Shown here: piece after piece, positions 27,101 through 40,288 of the stretch | Layout: the number at the start of each line of letters is the position of its first letter | Numbering within the stretch: position 1 is the stretch's first letter | NCBI RefSeq assembly: GCF_036321535.1 | Contig: NC_087447.1 | Span: forward strand, 46,874,001 to 46,938,000 | Source of the DNA: Camelus dromedarius | Lineage: Eukaryota | Direction: 5' to 3' | Length of the DNA: 64,000 nt | The notes under the pieces: generated by a model | Database searches by the model: none | Told to the model about the DNA's origin: nothing | The model's input: only the letters and a program-made list of their open reading frames with translations | Program-made: the position numbers and the translations under genes

Positions 27101-30100
27101 CAGGAGTGCAGAGGGACAATGTTCCAGTCTCTCAGGTCTGCCTGCTTGGGGATGTGGTTGAGTCGGTGCCTCACCTGGGCAGTGAGTTTCTGCCTCTCCT
27201 CCTGGAACCGCTGCCTCTCCTCCAGTACCTTGACCTTGGCACCCTCGTACTTGGCAGTCATCACCTCCAGCTCCCGGGCAGTGCTCTGCACTTCCCGCTG
27301 CACCTCAGCCAGACGGGTCTCAGCATCAGCACGTACAGCTGCCAGCTCTTGGCCATACTTCTCCCGGGCCTGGTCCAGCTCCACTTCCAGAAACTGCCGG
27401 CCGAGGGTGGCCCGCTCGCCCAGCCCCCGGTTCTCCTCTGCCAGCAGGCCGTGAGCCTTCTTCAGCATGCTCAGCTGCTCTGCGTAGCTGGCCTTCTCCG
27501 CCCGCAGCTGCTGGGCTGCTCGCTCCTGCTCTGCCACCTTCTGCCGCAGGGGCACCAGCTCCCCGAGCTCGCGCTGGGCCCGCATCAGCTCTGCCCGCAG
27601 CCCCCCAGCTGCCTGCTTGCTCTGCTCCAGCTCCTCCCGATGGCGTTTCTCAGCCGCTGCCTGCTCAGCCTGCAGTTGCTGGCACAGGTGCTTAGCAGGC
27701 AGCAGCTCGCTCACCAGGGCCTGTGTGCTGGTGTGCTCCAGCTGCAGGGCAGAGAGGGCCTGCTCCTTCTGGAAGAACTTCTCCTGCCATGCCTTCAACT
27801 CCTGGCCCAGCTCTTCTGCTCGCTCGGCCTGCGAGGCCAGCTCCTGCCTCAGGCTCTCAGAAGCCACCCGCTGCTTCTCTGCCTCCTCCCGGAGGCTCTG
27901 GACCTCCTCCCGCAGAGCAGAGCTGCGTTCGGCAGCCCTGGCGCTGTTGCTGGCCGTCTCCGCCTGGAGCAGGCGCAGCCGCTCTTCCAGCTTCTGGCTC
28001 TTCTCTGACTCAGCGATAACCAGCCGCTTCAACTCCTTGCTCTCGCCCTCCTTCTCCAGCACCTGGCGGTTCAGGATGGACACTTCCTCCTCCAAGCTGC
28101 TGATGAGGCTGTTTTTCCTCTCAGCCTCCTGCTGGCTCCGTGCCACCTGGGCCTTCCACTCATCCTCAGCCTTGCTGTGCTCTTGGGCCTTGGTGTGGAG
28201 GGTGGCCAGCTCCCTTTGGGCTGTGGCTAAGGCGTCCTGTCCGCTCCCCAGCTCCTGGGCCTTCTGCTCTAACTGGCCCCGCAAAGTCTCCAGAGCACCA
28301 GCCCGCTCAGCGTGGGAGGCGCGCTCAGCCTCGAGGCTGCGTTCCAGGCTGGAGGCTTTCTCCTGATGCTCGCGGCACTGCTGCTCCAGCCTGCTCACCT
28401 CCGCCCGCAGAGCCTCCAGCTCAGGACCTTTTCCCTCGGTCTTTCCAGCAGCCTCAGACTGGGTTCCTGACCTGGAAGCATCTTCTTGGCTGGCCACCCC
28501 TAGAGACTGTGGGTGCGCCTCTTCTTTCCGGGCCAGCTGTTCTTTCAGCTGCTCTACAGTTTGCTGAAGCTCCTTCAGCTCTGCCCTCTGGGCTGCCTCC
28601 TGCCCAAGAAGCTTGGCCAGCTCCTGGTCCTTCCCCTCCTTTTCCATCAGGGCATGGGCCAGTGCCTCCTGCAGGGCAGCAAACTCCACACGCTGCTCAT
28701 TGAGGGCATTCTGCAGCCGCATCTCAAGCTCTGCCTTGGCGGCCTTCTCTAGGGCAAGGTCAGCTTGGGCCCGGCCCCGCTCCTGGGTCAGCCGCGCCAC
28801 CTCCCTCTCCTGCTGCCCACGCTCTTCCTGCTGCTGCCCCTGACTCTCCATCAGTGCAGCCCGCAGCCTCTCCAGCTCACTGCCCATTTGCTCTGCCTCA
28901 CGCTCCATGGCCTGCAGTGCAGCCTGTGTGCTGCAGAAAGGGCGTCCCTGCTGCTCTTCCAGCCACTCCGACTCGCTGTCTCCTGCTCTCGGGGGCTCCT
29001 TGAGTAGCTCCCGGGAGGCTGTCTCTTGCTGCTCACCCGCCTTGCGGACCAAGGCCTCCAGGCGGGCCACCTCCTTACTGGTGGCAGCCATCTTCTCCTG
29101 CAGGGCGGAGAGGTCATCTGCAAGCTTCTGGGCCCTGACCTCCTTCTCCTGGACCTGCTGCAGGGCCCTGGCCAGGTTGGCATGGAGCTGAGCGAGCTCA
29201 CTCTGCTGCCGGCCCATCTGGAGCTCACTGTGGGCCTCTATCCCTGCCACCTTCTCCTTTGCCTCCTGCAGCTCCTGGCGGGCCTTCTCACATTCCTCCT
29301 TCAGGGTCATCAGCTGTTCCTGGAACATGGCGCCATACTGTGCCTCCTCTTGCTGGCTATCCTCGTACCGCTCGCGCCAGCTGGCCACCTCCTTTGCAAG
29401 CTGCTCACACTCACTCTCGGCCTCGCGCTGGGAGGCTATAGCCTCAGCCAGCTCCTGCCGCAGGGCTTCTGTCTTGGCCTGATGGGCCTCCCCAAGCTGC
29501 TGTAATCGGGCCTCCAGCCCCTTACGCCCAGCCTTCTCTTCTTCTAGCTCCTTCTGTTCCTGCTTGTGCTGCTCCACGAGGCTCCGAGTCTCTGCCTCCA
29601 GCTTGGAGATACGATGCTGCTGCTCTCCCAGTGTGTCTGCGGCTCTGCGCTTCTCCTCTTCCAGGCTGCCCTTGGTGACCTTCAAGGACTCCTCAAGGGC
29701 CCGGACCTGCTCCTGGAGCTGGGCCTTCTCCTGGGCCACCCTTTCTCTCTCGATTGCTTTTTGCTGCTCAGACCTCAGCTGGGCCTTCAGCTCTATCACC
29801 TGCGCCTGGGCCTCTGACCGCTCCTGGCGGGCTGCCTCGACACAGGCATGGAGGTCCTCCACCTTTCGGCTCAGCTCTGCCTTCTCCCGCTGGGCCTGTG
29901 TCACTGAGGCCTGGGCACTGTCCTGGGCTTTGTTAGCAGCCTGAAGCTGCTGTTGCAGGACTTCCAGCTTGGCAGCCTTCTCCTTCTCCAACGCCTCCAG
30001 CTGCTGGAGGGCTGCGTCCCTCTCCCGTAAAGAGGTCTCCTGCTCCTCGGCCGCAGTGGCCAGTTGCTGGGCATGGTCTCGCAGGGCCGCCTCCTGCTCC

Positions 30101-33100
30101 TTGGCAGCCTCTTCCAACTGCCGCTCTTTCTGCTTCAGGCTGTTGCTCAGCTGCTCCACCTGCTGGCGGAGAACCTCAGAGGCCTGTTCCTGCTGCTGGA
30201 GGGCCTGCGTGAGCTGCGCCTGCTCTGCTTTGGCCTGCTGCTTCAGGCTGGCCAGTTCTTGATCCTGCTGCTGGATGGTGGCGTTGTGGGCAGTGAGCTC
30301 GGTGGTCAGCCTGGCCACCTGGGCAGACAGGTGGGCCCCCTCAGCCTGGGAGGCCTGTTCCAGCTCTTCCTTGGCCTGGCTGAGGTTGGACAGGGAGCCC
30401 TGCAGCTCGGCAATCAGGCCAGTCAGCTGCTGCTTTTCTTCTTCAAAGTGGCTCCGCTCGGCAAGCAGCTTGGCTTCCCGCTGGCCCCGCTCAGTCTCTA
30501 GCGCCTCCACCTGGGCTCGGAGCTGGGTGTTGTCTGCAGCAAGAGTGGCTCCCTCCTGCTTGAGGGTTTCCAGCTGGTGAGAGAAAGAGATAAATGGGGA
30601 TCAGAACGACTCCTCAGTCACTCTGGCCCCTCTGGGAATTGGAGACCGCCAGAAACCTGAATGTGGTGAACACGGGTCTGCAGCAACCCCAGCGCCAAGA
30701 TCTTACCACTGCCCCTGCGACCCTACCTGCAAGACGTCGCCCAGCACCTCGCCCTTCTCCCGGGGTGGATTCTCCCGCAGCTGGGCCAAATGTTCTTCCA
30801 GCTGTGAAAGTTTTCCCTGAAGGATTTCATTCTTCTCTTCAAAGCATTTCTGCGAGTAAACAAGAGCCCCGTGTGAAAAGAGGTGAAACAGGCACAGGAT
30901 TACCACACAAGCCCTCATGAATGTCAAGAAAACTCTACCACCTTGTTACCAAGATCTCCTTTTGCCCTGACCTAGGGGAAAACATGTGGATCCCAAGGAC
31001 CTGCGACCATGAGAGACCTGACTTTCTAGCCCTAGTTCCAGGGCTGAATTAAGTAAGGTGACCCGCTAATTTCTTTCCAGGGCTGCGGAGTTTACTTCAT
31101 ATTTCTTCACTGTATACCCTTCCCCAGACATAACCTGATCCCCAGATTATACAAATACCCACTAACTTAAAAATATCCCAACTGGGCATCCACAACAGCA
31201 GCAACCACAGCACCCCTGGTCCCCTGCCCCACTCTACACCACTGTTGACTGCTTAGCATTGAAGCACCTACAGGGGGCCAGGCCCTATGCTGGGCACCTC
31301 TCTGAATTTCTCATCTACCCAACAGATCTGGGAGATAGCTATTACCACTCTTTTTTTTACAGAGTTAAGAATATGAAGCTCAGATGTTAAGTGCCTTGCC
31401 CCAGGGCTACACGGTTATTAATAAGTGGCAGAGCTGGGTTCTTAATAGCAATAATAACAGCAACTAATTCACTGAGAGCTCACTTTGCACCAGACAATGT
31501 GTGTTAAGTGCTCTATATACATTATCTTATAATGGATAAGGCAGCTACTCATTCTTCTTGCCATTTTAGGGAAAGGATGTTTAGACAGAAAGAGGTCAAG
31601 TAACTTGTTCAAGACCCACACCTTATAAACAGCAGAGACAGGATTCATAGGTGCACTGGACTGAGGCCCATTACAGCACACTATTAAGCCTTGAAGGGAA
31701 GTCAGTGTAATTCCCAAAGCCCCCCCAAAATAAAGCAGTGAAAGGACTTCAGCTTTGAGCATGTGGTCAAGACTGTGACCCTGCCTCCCTAAAGAAGAGG
31801 GTTACCTTGTCCTGCAGGGCTGTGCTGAGCTCCTTCTCCAGGTGGGCCTGCTTCTCCCCCGACTCCCGCGTGGCCTTGCTGTGCTCTTCCGTCAGTTCGT
31901 TGAGGGCCCCCTGGAGTTGCTGCAGGTGACTGGCAAACTCCCGCAGCTGAAACAGACAAGAGGCGACTGCATTGTCAAACCTGCCAATACCACTGCTGTC
32001 TTAGAGGTTAGTAAAGGGTGAACAGATTTGCATCTTTATGCAATTTGAGCTCCAGGGACTGGATGCCTCCAATTATCCTTCCAACCCTCCTCAAAGCAAT
32101 CGTGACTAATCACACCTCTAACTCAGGACTACAAATCAAAATTTAGGGCCACCAGCCAGTACCTGGCAGTGGCCAATTATGGAGTAAGGAAAGGGACAAA
32201 GTGTGCAGATCTCCGGAGAGACTGAAACAGGACAAGTGCCAGGACATTCTTCTCAACCATCTTTTGGGGAATCATCCACACCAGCTCAGCCCCAAGGGGT
32301 TTCCAGGTGGGGACCAGACACCCCAACACTCACCTTAAAAGAAAGGTCCCCATTCTCCTCAGAAAGTTGGTTAATTTTGCGATCCATCTGGCTCTTCTCT
32401 GTCTTCAGGTCCTGGCACTGCTTCAGAGTTTCATGGAGCCGTATGGTGAGGCTGCAAGGGAGAGGAGCAGTGAGAGAAGAGTATAGCCCCCATGATCTGG
32501 GGGCGGGGTTGGGCAGGGCACTGGGAAGGACAGCAGGGAGAACTATACCTCTCATTCTTGCTACGGAGCTCCTCAAGCTCCCTGGGCTCCAGCGGGCTGG
32601 CTGCCTGCTTCTCGTTCAGCAGAGCCAGGCGGTCAATGCGCTGCTGCATCATGGCTATCTGTGCATCTGCCCCGGAGGAGGGGGAGAGGAAAGGAGAGTC
32701 AGCGCAGGACTAAGGGGAGGAGGGGGAGGAAGGAGGAGGCATCTGATCTAAGGGAAAGGAAGGAGGGTGGCAATGACAGAATCAGCTTCCAGGAGGTCAG
32801 CCCGACAGGCTCAGGGCAGGGCTCTAAGCTCGAGGCAGAGCAACACAGGGGACAACAGAAGAGGCCACAACTCAGGTAAGCCCAGCACATCCCCAGATGA
32901 GAATCCCAAATGCTGCCCATTCACACACATCTGCCAGCGAGCCAGACACCTACCCTTCTCAGTGAGGAGCTTGCGGTTCTCCGCCAGCTCCAGCTCCAGC
33001 TCATCTCGATTATTTCTCTCATCTGCAAGCTGCTTCTTCAGCCGTCTCATCTGGAATTGTGGGGTCTGCAGGATGTCACCCATGGGAGAGGCTGGAGAAC

Positions 33101-36100
33101 CTGAGAGGAAGCTGAGGAAGGAGATGGCCCAGATACCATGGTCAGAGACTGACATGTGAGGGCTGAAGCGACTGACAACAGGAGATGGGGAGCTGGGCTC
33201 TATTGAGCACCAGCTGCAAGGCCCAAACACCTGGGTTTTGTCTGCAGGGCTACCTCAGGCTTCGTGACATACCTTGAGAAAATTTCTCTTTCTCCTTTCT
33301 CTAAGCCTTAATTTCTTTACCCCGACCCCCAAAAAGGAATGCATTCCCTTTGCCTCTGCAGAACTGTACTGAGAGAAGAGCATAGTTTCCAAGGAAGTAA
33401 GAAATTCCATAAACGGAACAGCCTTTGAAAGGCCTTCTGCCCAGGACAGATCCCAGTCAATTCCCCCATTAGCACTGGGGCAGGTGAGGACATCCCAGAT
33501 CTATAAGATATATTCGAATCACTCTGATGATGTAAGGAGGCTGGCTGGTCAAGAGCATAGCCTCTAGTATGCAAGGATTTGAGGATGTTGAGACTCCCAG
33601 GAGAAGAGGACCAGCACATACTTGTTCCCACTGGAAGAGGCAACTTTCTGTAGCTCTAGGAAGCGAACCTCCCTCTTGGCCTGGTGGCTGGGTGGGGAGA
33701 GTTCTTCAGATGTGGTACTGGAACAGGGGGAAGGGACAGGAGCTGGAGGTGAAGAAGCAGACAAACCACAGAGACGTTAGTAAGAGGGTGAACAGATTTG
33801 CATCTTTATGCAATTTGAAAATTCATCTTAGTGGGAATGAATCCAGACACTTATATGTAAGCTGCAGAGGGAAGCCCCTGGACAGAACTTGAAGTCTGCT
33901 GTCTGGGTTATTCAGAGGTCAGTGCTCTAAGCCAAATCAAGCAAGGCACTTCCATTTCCGTGGATCACCAGTGCTCAAAGAGCACAGTGGAGTGACAGTG
34001 TCCTCCCAACAACCTCTCGGGTCAGAGCCACAAGCCTCCTTTCTGAACCCTTCCATTCTGATACCTTGCACTGCCAACGTGACCTCTTTCTCAAACTCTC
34101 CTCTTCCCTTGGTTTCCATGACCACCTTCACATGGCCCTCGTACTTCTCAATCCCCATCTTAGTCTTCCACACCTGCTCCTCCCTCTTCCTCCCACCCTC
34201 CAAACCCCAGAGTTCTGATGTGGCCCCCTTGCTCTGCCCACAGTGCCGCAAGGCTTCAACGGCTATCCCTACATGGACTTGCAAGCCCACAGCCTGGCCC
34301 GAAGACCACTCCTGCATTCTAGGCTCACATCTGCAACATCTCCACCTGAAGGGCTCACAAGGAACTTGAATATGAGGAACATCAAATTCAGCAGCTGGAA
34401 GAGAACTTGGCTAGACCCACACCTTACATCCTGTCGCCATTAGACGGCTCTTGTAAACAAGCAGAGCCAGCGCTCTTTCTAGAGCACTTTCAGAAAGACT
34501 CTTGGTATATTTGATACCTCTCTGTTCTGACACTTATTCCTTATCATACCTTCTGGTTTATGTATCTGCCTTTCACTCAGAACGCAAGTTTCATGTAGGG
34601 AAAAAACATTTTTAAGACTGTACTCCCAGCTTCTAAGCCTAATGTAATGATTATGTAAATAATAAAAAAACAAAAAAAGATGTATGGGCAGGTGATTAGG
34701 GAGAACCTACAGCAGATATGATCACCTACAAATGTCCTGCTTAGCTGCTACCAGGCACAAGACTGAGCTCCATGGGAACTGGGATGTTGGTAACATGGCC
34801 CAGAAATCAACCTGCTCCTTCACATACATTTCCTGAGCACCAACTCCGTGCCCTGTGTTGGGCACTTCCTGACAGCTCGGGATCCTAGCAGTCTCCAGCT
34901 CAGAAAAGAGGGTATCCTTGGGAGTGGGCCCTACTTACCTTTCTGCAAGAAGTTCTCTAGGTCCTCATTCAGATTTAGCCCATCCTCATGGTCCAGCACA
35001 AATTTGAGAATGACAGCTAACTCAGCCTGGGCCACAGAGAGATAAAGAGCATTACTTAGGTGTTCAGGAGGCCTGAAGGGATGGAGGGCACCTCCCTGGC
35101 AGTGCCAGGCCTGGGAGCCTGCTGGAGCCCATTCTTCCTCTCAGAACCTAAAGCCCCATGGTCCAGCCGAGAACATTCCACCAGAAATGTGTTCATCCTA
35201 CTTGCCCCTGGCCCCTTTTCTCCCCTAAAGATGTACCCAGGGTCACAGAGGTCCTAACTGACTTCACTCCTGACCACAAGAGATGAGAACAGGGGAGCAA
35301 AGTAACTCAGTAAGAAAGCTTTTATACATAACTAAGATGGCCTCTTCCAGCTGACCCTCACTGTCGTTCTCTGAGTGAGAACACCTCCAGGGCTCATCCA
35401 AAGCTTATCCACCAGCTCAGCTGTAATATCTTCCCTTCTCTGTGTGAATTCCAAAGCTACAGAGTCGATCTGATTTTCCTGGCCAACTCTGTAGTTCCTT
35501 ATTCCTTTAGACTTTTTTCCCTACCAGGTCTATGATCAGCTTGGAGCAGAGAAAAGGCTGAGGAAGGAAGAAGCCACCCATCCCTCCCACGCCACCACAA
35601 CCCAACCCCAGAGATGAGCCATGAGCTAAGTGAGGACGAAATGGGATGACTCAACATTTCTACCACTACGTGAAAGGTCACAGCTCTCTGGACACTGGCC
35701 CACCAGTCACCTACATTACCCACTCTGGCATCCCAGCTGCTTCTGCTCTGGGAAATAAAGGACAGCTGCTCATGCAGGAAGCAATGACAACATCAGGACC
35801 CATATGGCAGGTAGTTCCTGGAAACCAGGTCAATTCCCTTTATAATGAAGCAGATGCACCAACTCCTCTTCACTTAGGGAGCATGCAGAGGAGGGGAGAG
35901 GAGGTAATCACTCTGAGCTAGATTGCCATGCTGGACAAAGACATTCTCACTAATCCTTCCCACTAGACGAAAGGAGGAACAAATAGAGTGACAGTTTGTG
36001 TAAAACACACACATATACCAGAACACATTTATGAAAAAGAACAATTTCTATGTATTATCCAAACACAGTTCAGTTACAGATACAGTTAAATACATACACC

Positions 36101-39100
36101 CAAAAAGGACTTCGAAGTATGTCTTTTAAAAGTTAGCAGTTATTGCTGAGAATGAGATTATTGGCAACTGTTCTTTCCTTCTTTCTGCTTTCCAATATTT
36201 TCCAGACCTTCTATAGTGAATGGCTATAACTGCTGTAACATAATTTTTTAAAAGAACAATATATGTTGTTTAAAGAAAAACAAATGAGGTGAGGTAAAGC
36301 ACAGGCTCAGCCTGCTGGGTGGGGTGGAGACAGAAAAGCTTACCTGAATCTTGTATTCAAACTGTTCCCAGTCCCTGGGACTTCTGGAGCTCATGGAGGA
36401 GTGGTATAAGAGCAGCATGGTCATCTAGCAGCCAAACAGGATGCAGTCACCAAGGGGGGCTGTCTCTCTTCTCAGCCCCCAGCCCCTGCCCTGCTCTAGG
36501 GACTCTGAGCCATTCAGAGACCCTTCCAAAGCTCCTAGAATTCAGCAGCCCCAGACCACTGCCCTTATGCGCACCAGGAAACACTTGATTGAGAACTCAG
36601 TGCACACTGCGCAAAAAGCTGGGTGCCAGAATTCCTGCACAACTAAATTCCTGGACTCATGGAACCCTGGGTATGAAGCTTAAGGCATCCTCTACAGGCC
36701 AGCAACAGAAGCAGAAGAGGGAATGAAGTGGACTGAACTAAGAAGAAAAATATGACAACAGCTGGGTGAGGTCTGATTCCCGCCAGGTCTCTATCAAAGC
36801 CACAGTAATGGTCTAATAAACCTCTGTGTCGTAAGGATGGGCTCCCAGTATCCTTGGCTGAATCAGTCAGTGCTTGAGCCAGGTGGCTGCCTGTTCCTAC
36901 CTCTAACTGCCACAAGTCCCCGAAATAAAGCACCTACCACTTCTTCTGGGTTAAGAGAAGGCCCTGCAGGCCCCTCCAGGACCACCTCCAACTCCCACCA
37001 GTCTGGTATTCCCCAAGTACCTTGGCCAGTTCCAGCTCTGACCCCTCCATCACCTTCTGCACTGACACCAGGCATTCTGGAGAAGAGGGATGTTTTCGGT
37101 TTTCTGTAATGACAATAGTGTAAAAAACAGCGCGAACTTTCTGAGGACCATCCTACAGAGTCAGAGGAGCAGAACAGTGGTCTCTGGTGGGGCTAGGAGA
37201 TACAGGGCTCCTTATTCCTACATCCTCTCTCCTATGACATACACGGTTCTACCTGAAGTTAGTTCTATCCTGGGTCAGTCCAAGGACTACAGGAATAGTT
37301 CAAGCAGAAAAAAAGCTGGGAATTCACAGCAGCTCTGGAGCATGACGTTGCACTCACCCACCCATGTACCAACTCCCACTCAGCACCAGAGATTTCAGGT
37401 CACCCTAGAGTCTCATTCCAACTGAGGTCCACAAAGGAAGCCTGCCTGCAGCTGAGTCAGTCTAGGGCTGGGGACACCTGGTTCTTATGCCGCCTGAGTG
37501 GCTGGGCTCAATTACTAACCCCTTGCTTTACCTAACTCCATTGTTGCCTTTTCTTATAATTCTCCTGACGTGGAGATGGTAGATAGTTCCCATGTCAAAG
37601 ATGAGGACTGTGTCCACAGCTGTACAAGGGAGAACTGACAGGCACTGTGCCGGAGGCTTTGCATGTGTTCTTATTTACTCTACCCATCAACCTTAAAAGT
37701 AATTATCATCATCTTCATCTTCCAGACAGGGAACCTATATCCAGAAAGGTCACACAAGCAATGAGTAGAAGGGCCAAGATCTCAATCACCTATCACCTAA
37801 GCAATTAGTTCAATGTTATCTAGGGAAAATATTTTTCTTGCAAGGGGAAGAGGGTAACATGGATCCTTCTGTCTTCTTGCAGTGGGGAGAACAGGAGCCC
37901 AAGGTGATAAGTCCCCAAAACCAACTCTGTGGCTCTACCTGGATCTCAGAGATGGGCTCTGGGACTGAAGGGATGCACGTCCCTGAATGGTGCAGGCATC
38001 ACCAGACCCAGGGACGCTGTCCCAGTTGTACTCATTTGTGTGGTACAGAGTGGGCAGCCTCGAGCCTTTGCTCCTCCAGACATCTGTGACCTGGTTCTTC
38101 TAGACGCCCAAATCCCAGGAGCTGAGGAAGCAGCTCCTTCCCATCTAGATAAGAAAGGTGCTTACTCTGCAGAAAACTGCACACAAATTCCAGTCTCTCT
38201 GGCACCGGATGCTGTAGCAATTGCTGCGCCTCATCAGTACCGTGGCTAGAAAAGAGCAAATATTAGGACCAGAGTATTTAGCAATCCTTCCCTCCTTGCT
38301 ACTGCATTACATACCACCTTCCCATCCCTTCAGGTTTGGTCTGTGCTGTATCAGGGAGAGAACCAGACCAGATGCTGAAAGCAGGGGAGAGGATACTGAG
38401 AAACCATGTGCCCAGAAGAAACTGTATGGTGGGTGAGGACTTGAGGCATGAGGTCCTCCTGGAAAAGGTGGCACTCTGCCAACCCATTTGTGAGTATCAA
38501 AAAGCTCTCCCCAGAGGAGATGGAGGCAGCACAGATGAATGGGCAGCTAAGGTGGAAAGTCTGGAATGGGTCAAGTGTAACAAGGTCAGGATGCCTGGGA
38601 ACATGGCTAATGAGTGAGAGAGGACTATGGAAAGGGAAAAACAGATCCAAGAACTGAAAGAACAGGAGGGAACAGGCTCTGAAGTAACAGGGAAAAGTTC
38701 AACATATACTAGGCTGAAGGCTGAGGTGGCTAAAGCCTCCAAGAGGCCAGGCCAAAGAACAATCTCTTAATTTGTGCGTGGCTTTTGCCGTGCTTGTTTA
38801 AGTGGAAAGGCAAGCAAAGTGCGGAGAGCAATGAGGGCAGGGAGGCAGCAGGGGGAGCTCTCACACAGCCCAAGCCCCTGGGCCCTGACTGCTCAGCCTA
38901 AGTGCAGTTTCATTTTCAGAAAGCTGACTTCTCTGTCTCGGCTACGGCTGAAGATACTGATTAAAAGGCCTCCTGTTCCTCAGAACCCAAATCTCTGAGT
39001 TTCAATTAACTTTCTAGAACCCTTCATTGCCAGATATCCTGCAAAGCACAAGAAGCATCCAAGCCAGACCACGAGACTAGCTTCTTCCATCTCCCACATG

Positions 39101-40197
39101 ATTACAAAGGCTTCTTCCAAGTGAACCCCCTGACAAGAAGCAGTCTGAGTAGCTGGTCTGTGATTAGGGACACTTAAAAAGTCTTTGAGAGATGCTCACC
39201 TCCTCACAAATTCCTGAAATAGCCGTATTCCCTACCGCCCCCTTCACCGAATCTGTAATGTTGTGACATCTTGCCTCAGCATAGAGTAGTGATTTACCTA
39301 AATGTATTCCATTAGATAAAAATAAACAGAGCTCTTGGGTTAAATGTTTCAGAAATATTGGGTTAAATCAAACATTTTCTAAAGATGATGATATAACATG
39401 CATTATTTCCTAAACCTAGTGGACCACAAAACCTCTCTTTTCCCACCAAATCCCTGGGATACGTACAGTTGCATGGAACATGCTTTGGAAAATGTTGGTC
39501 TTGGAGAAATTCAGCCCATCCTTTAAGACTGCATTCAAGTCTCATTCTCTGGCAGGAAGCCATCTAGAACCACTGCTAATTACGTCTCCCCTCATCTCCT
39601 CCTGTAGAAATTCCTACAACACTCATGGATACAAGTGCATCATTTATAACTGACCACTGTGTGAGCTGAAAGCTAGGAATATAGCAGATGCCAAGTTGCT
39701 GAGTACACATGGACGGACAGACAGGTGAAGGATGCTTTTTACTGGGAAGAGCAGAGGTCAGTGTCAGTAAGACAAATGTCAGGGCTTTAAGTTTTCTGGG
39801 AAAATGCCTCCGCTAAATTTGCTATGCAAGTCTCAGAGATATCAAAGAGATGGGATACCCTTTTTCCTTCAGGCTATTCACACTCAGAAAAGCAGAAAGG
39901 GAAACTTGTCAGAGAGGTCAACTCTAATTGATTTTCTCAGAAGGCCAAATGGCCAAAGAACAAGCTCTTGTTCAATTCCCACAGCTTCTATCTGCCACAA
40001 ACGCTGCCATCCTCCACTGCTTTTCCCTGAAAACCAGGCACCTGATTTCGGTTAGCAATAGTAGGAGCATCAGAAATTAAACAGCCAGAACACATTCACC
40101 AAGAACGTCTGTTTTTCCCAAAGGAAGTTGGTCTGCATTGTCCTGGATCTGAGATGGAGATCAAGGTTAACCTGGCATTTCAACAGCCCCTCCCTAC

Positions 40198-40288
<91 letters not shown>

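Noticed and set aside
26917..27174. Extension of the 1197-aa ORF past the exon 13 donor
   Set aside because: Intronic read-through after CAG|GTGAGG; composition changes abruptly and there is no evidence of use.
26939..30580. Long + strand ORFs (for example 27085-28008, 307 aa; 27617-28366, 249 aa)
   Set aside because: Antisense shadows of the CAG/GAG/CTG-rich NUMA1 coiled-coil exon; low-complexity Leu/Ser products with no independent gene signals.
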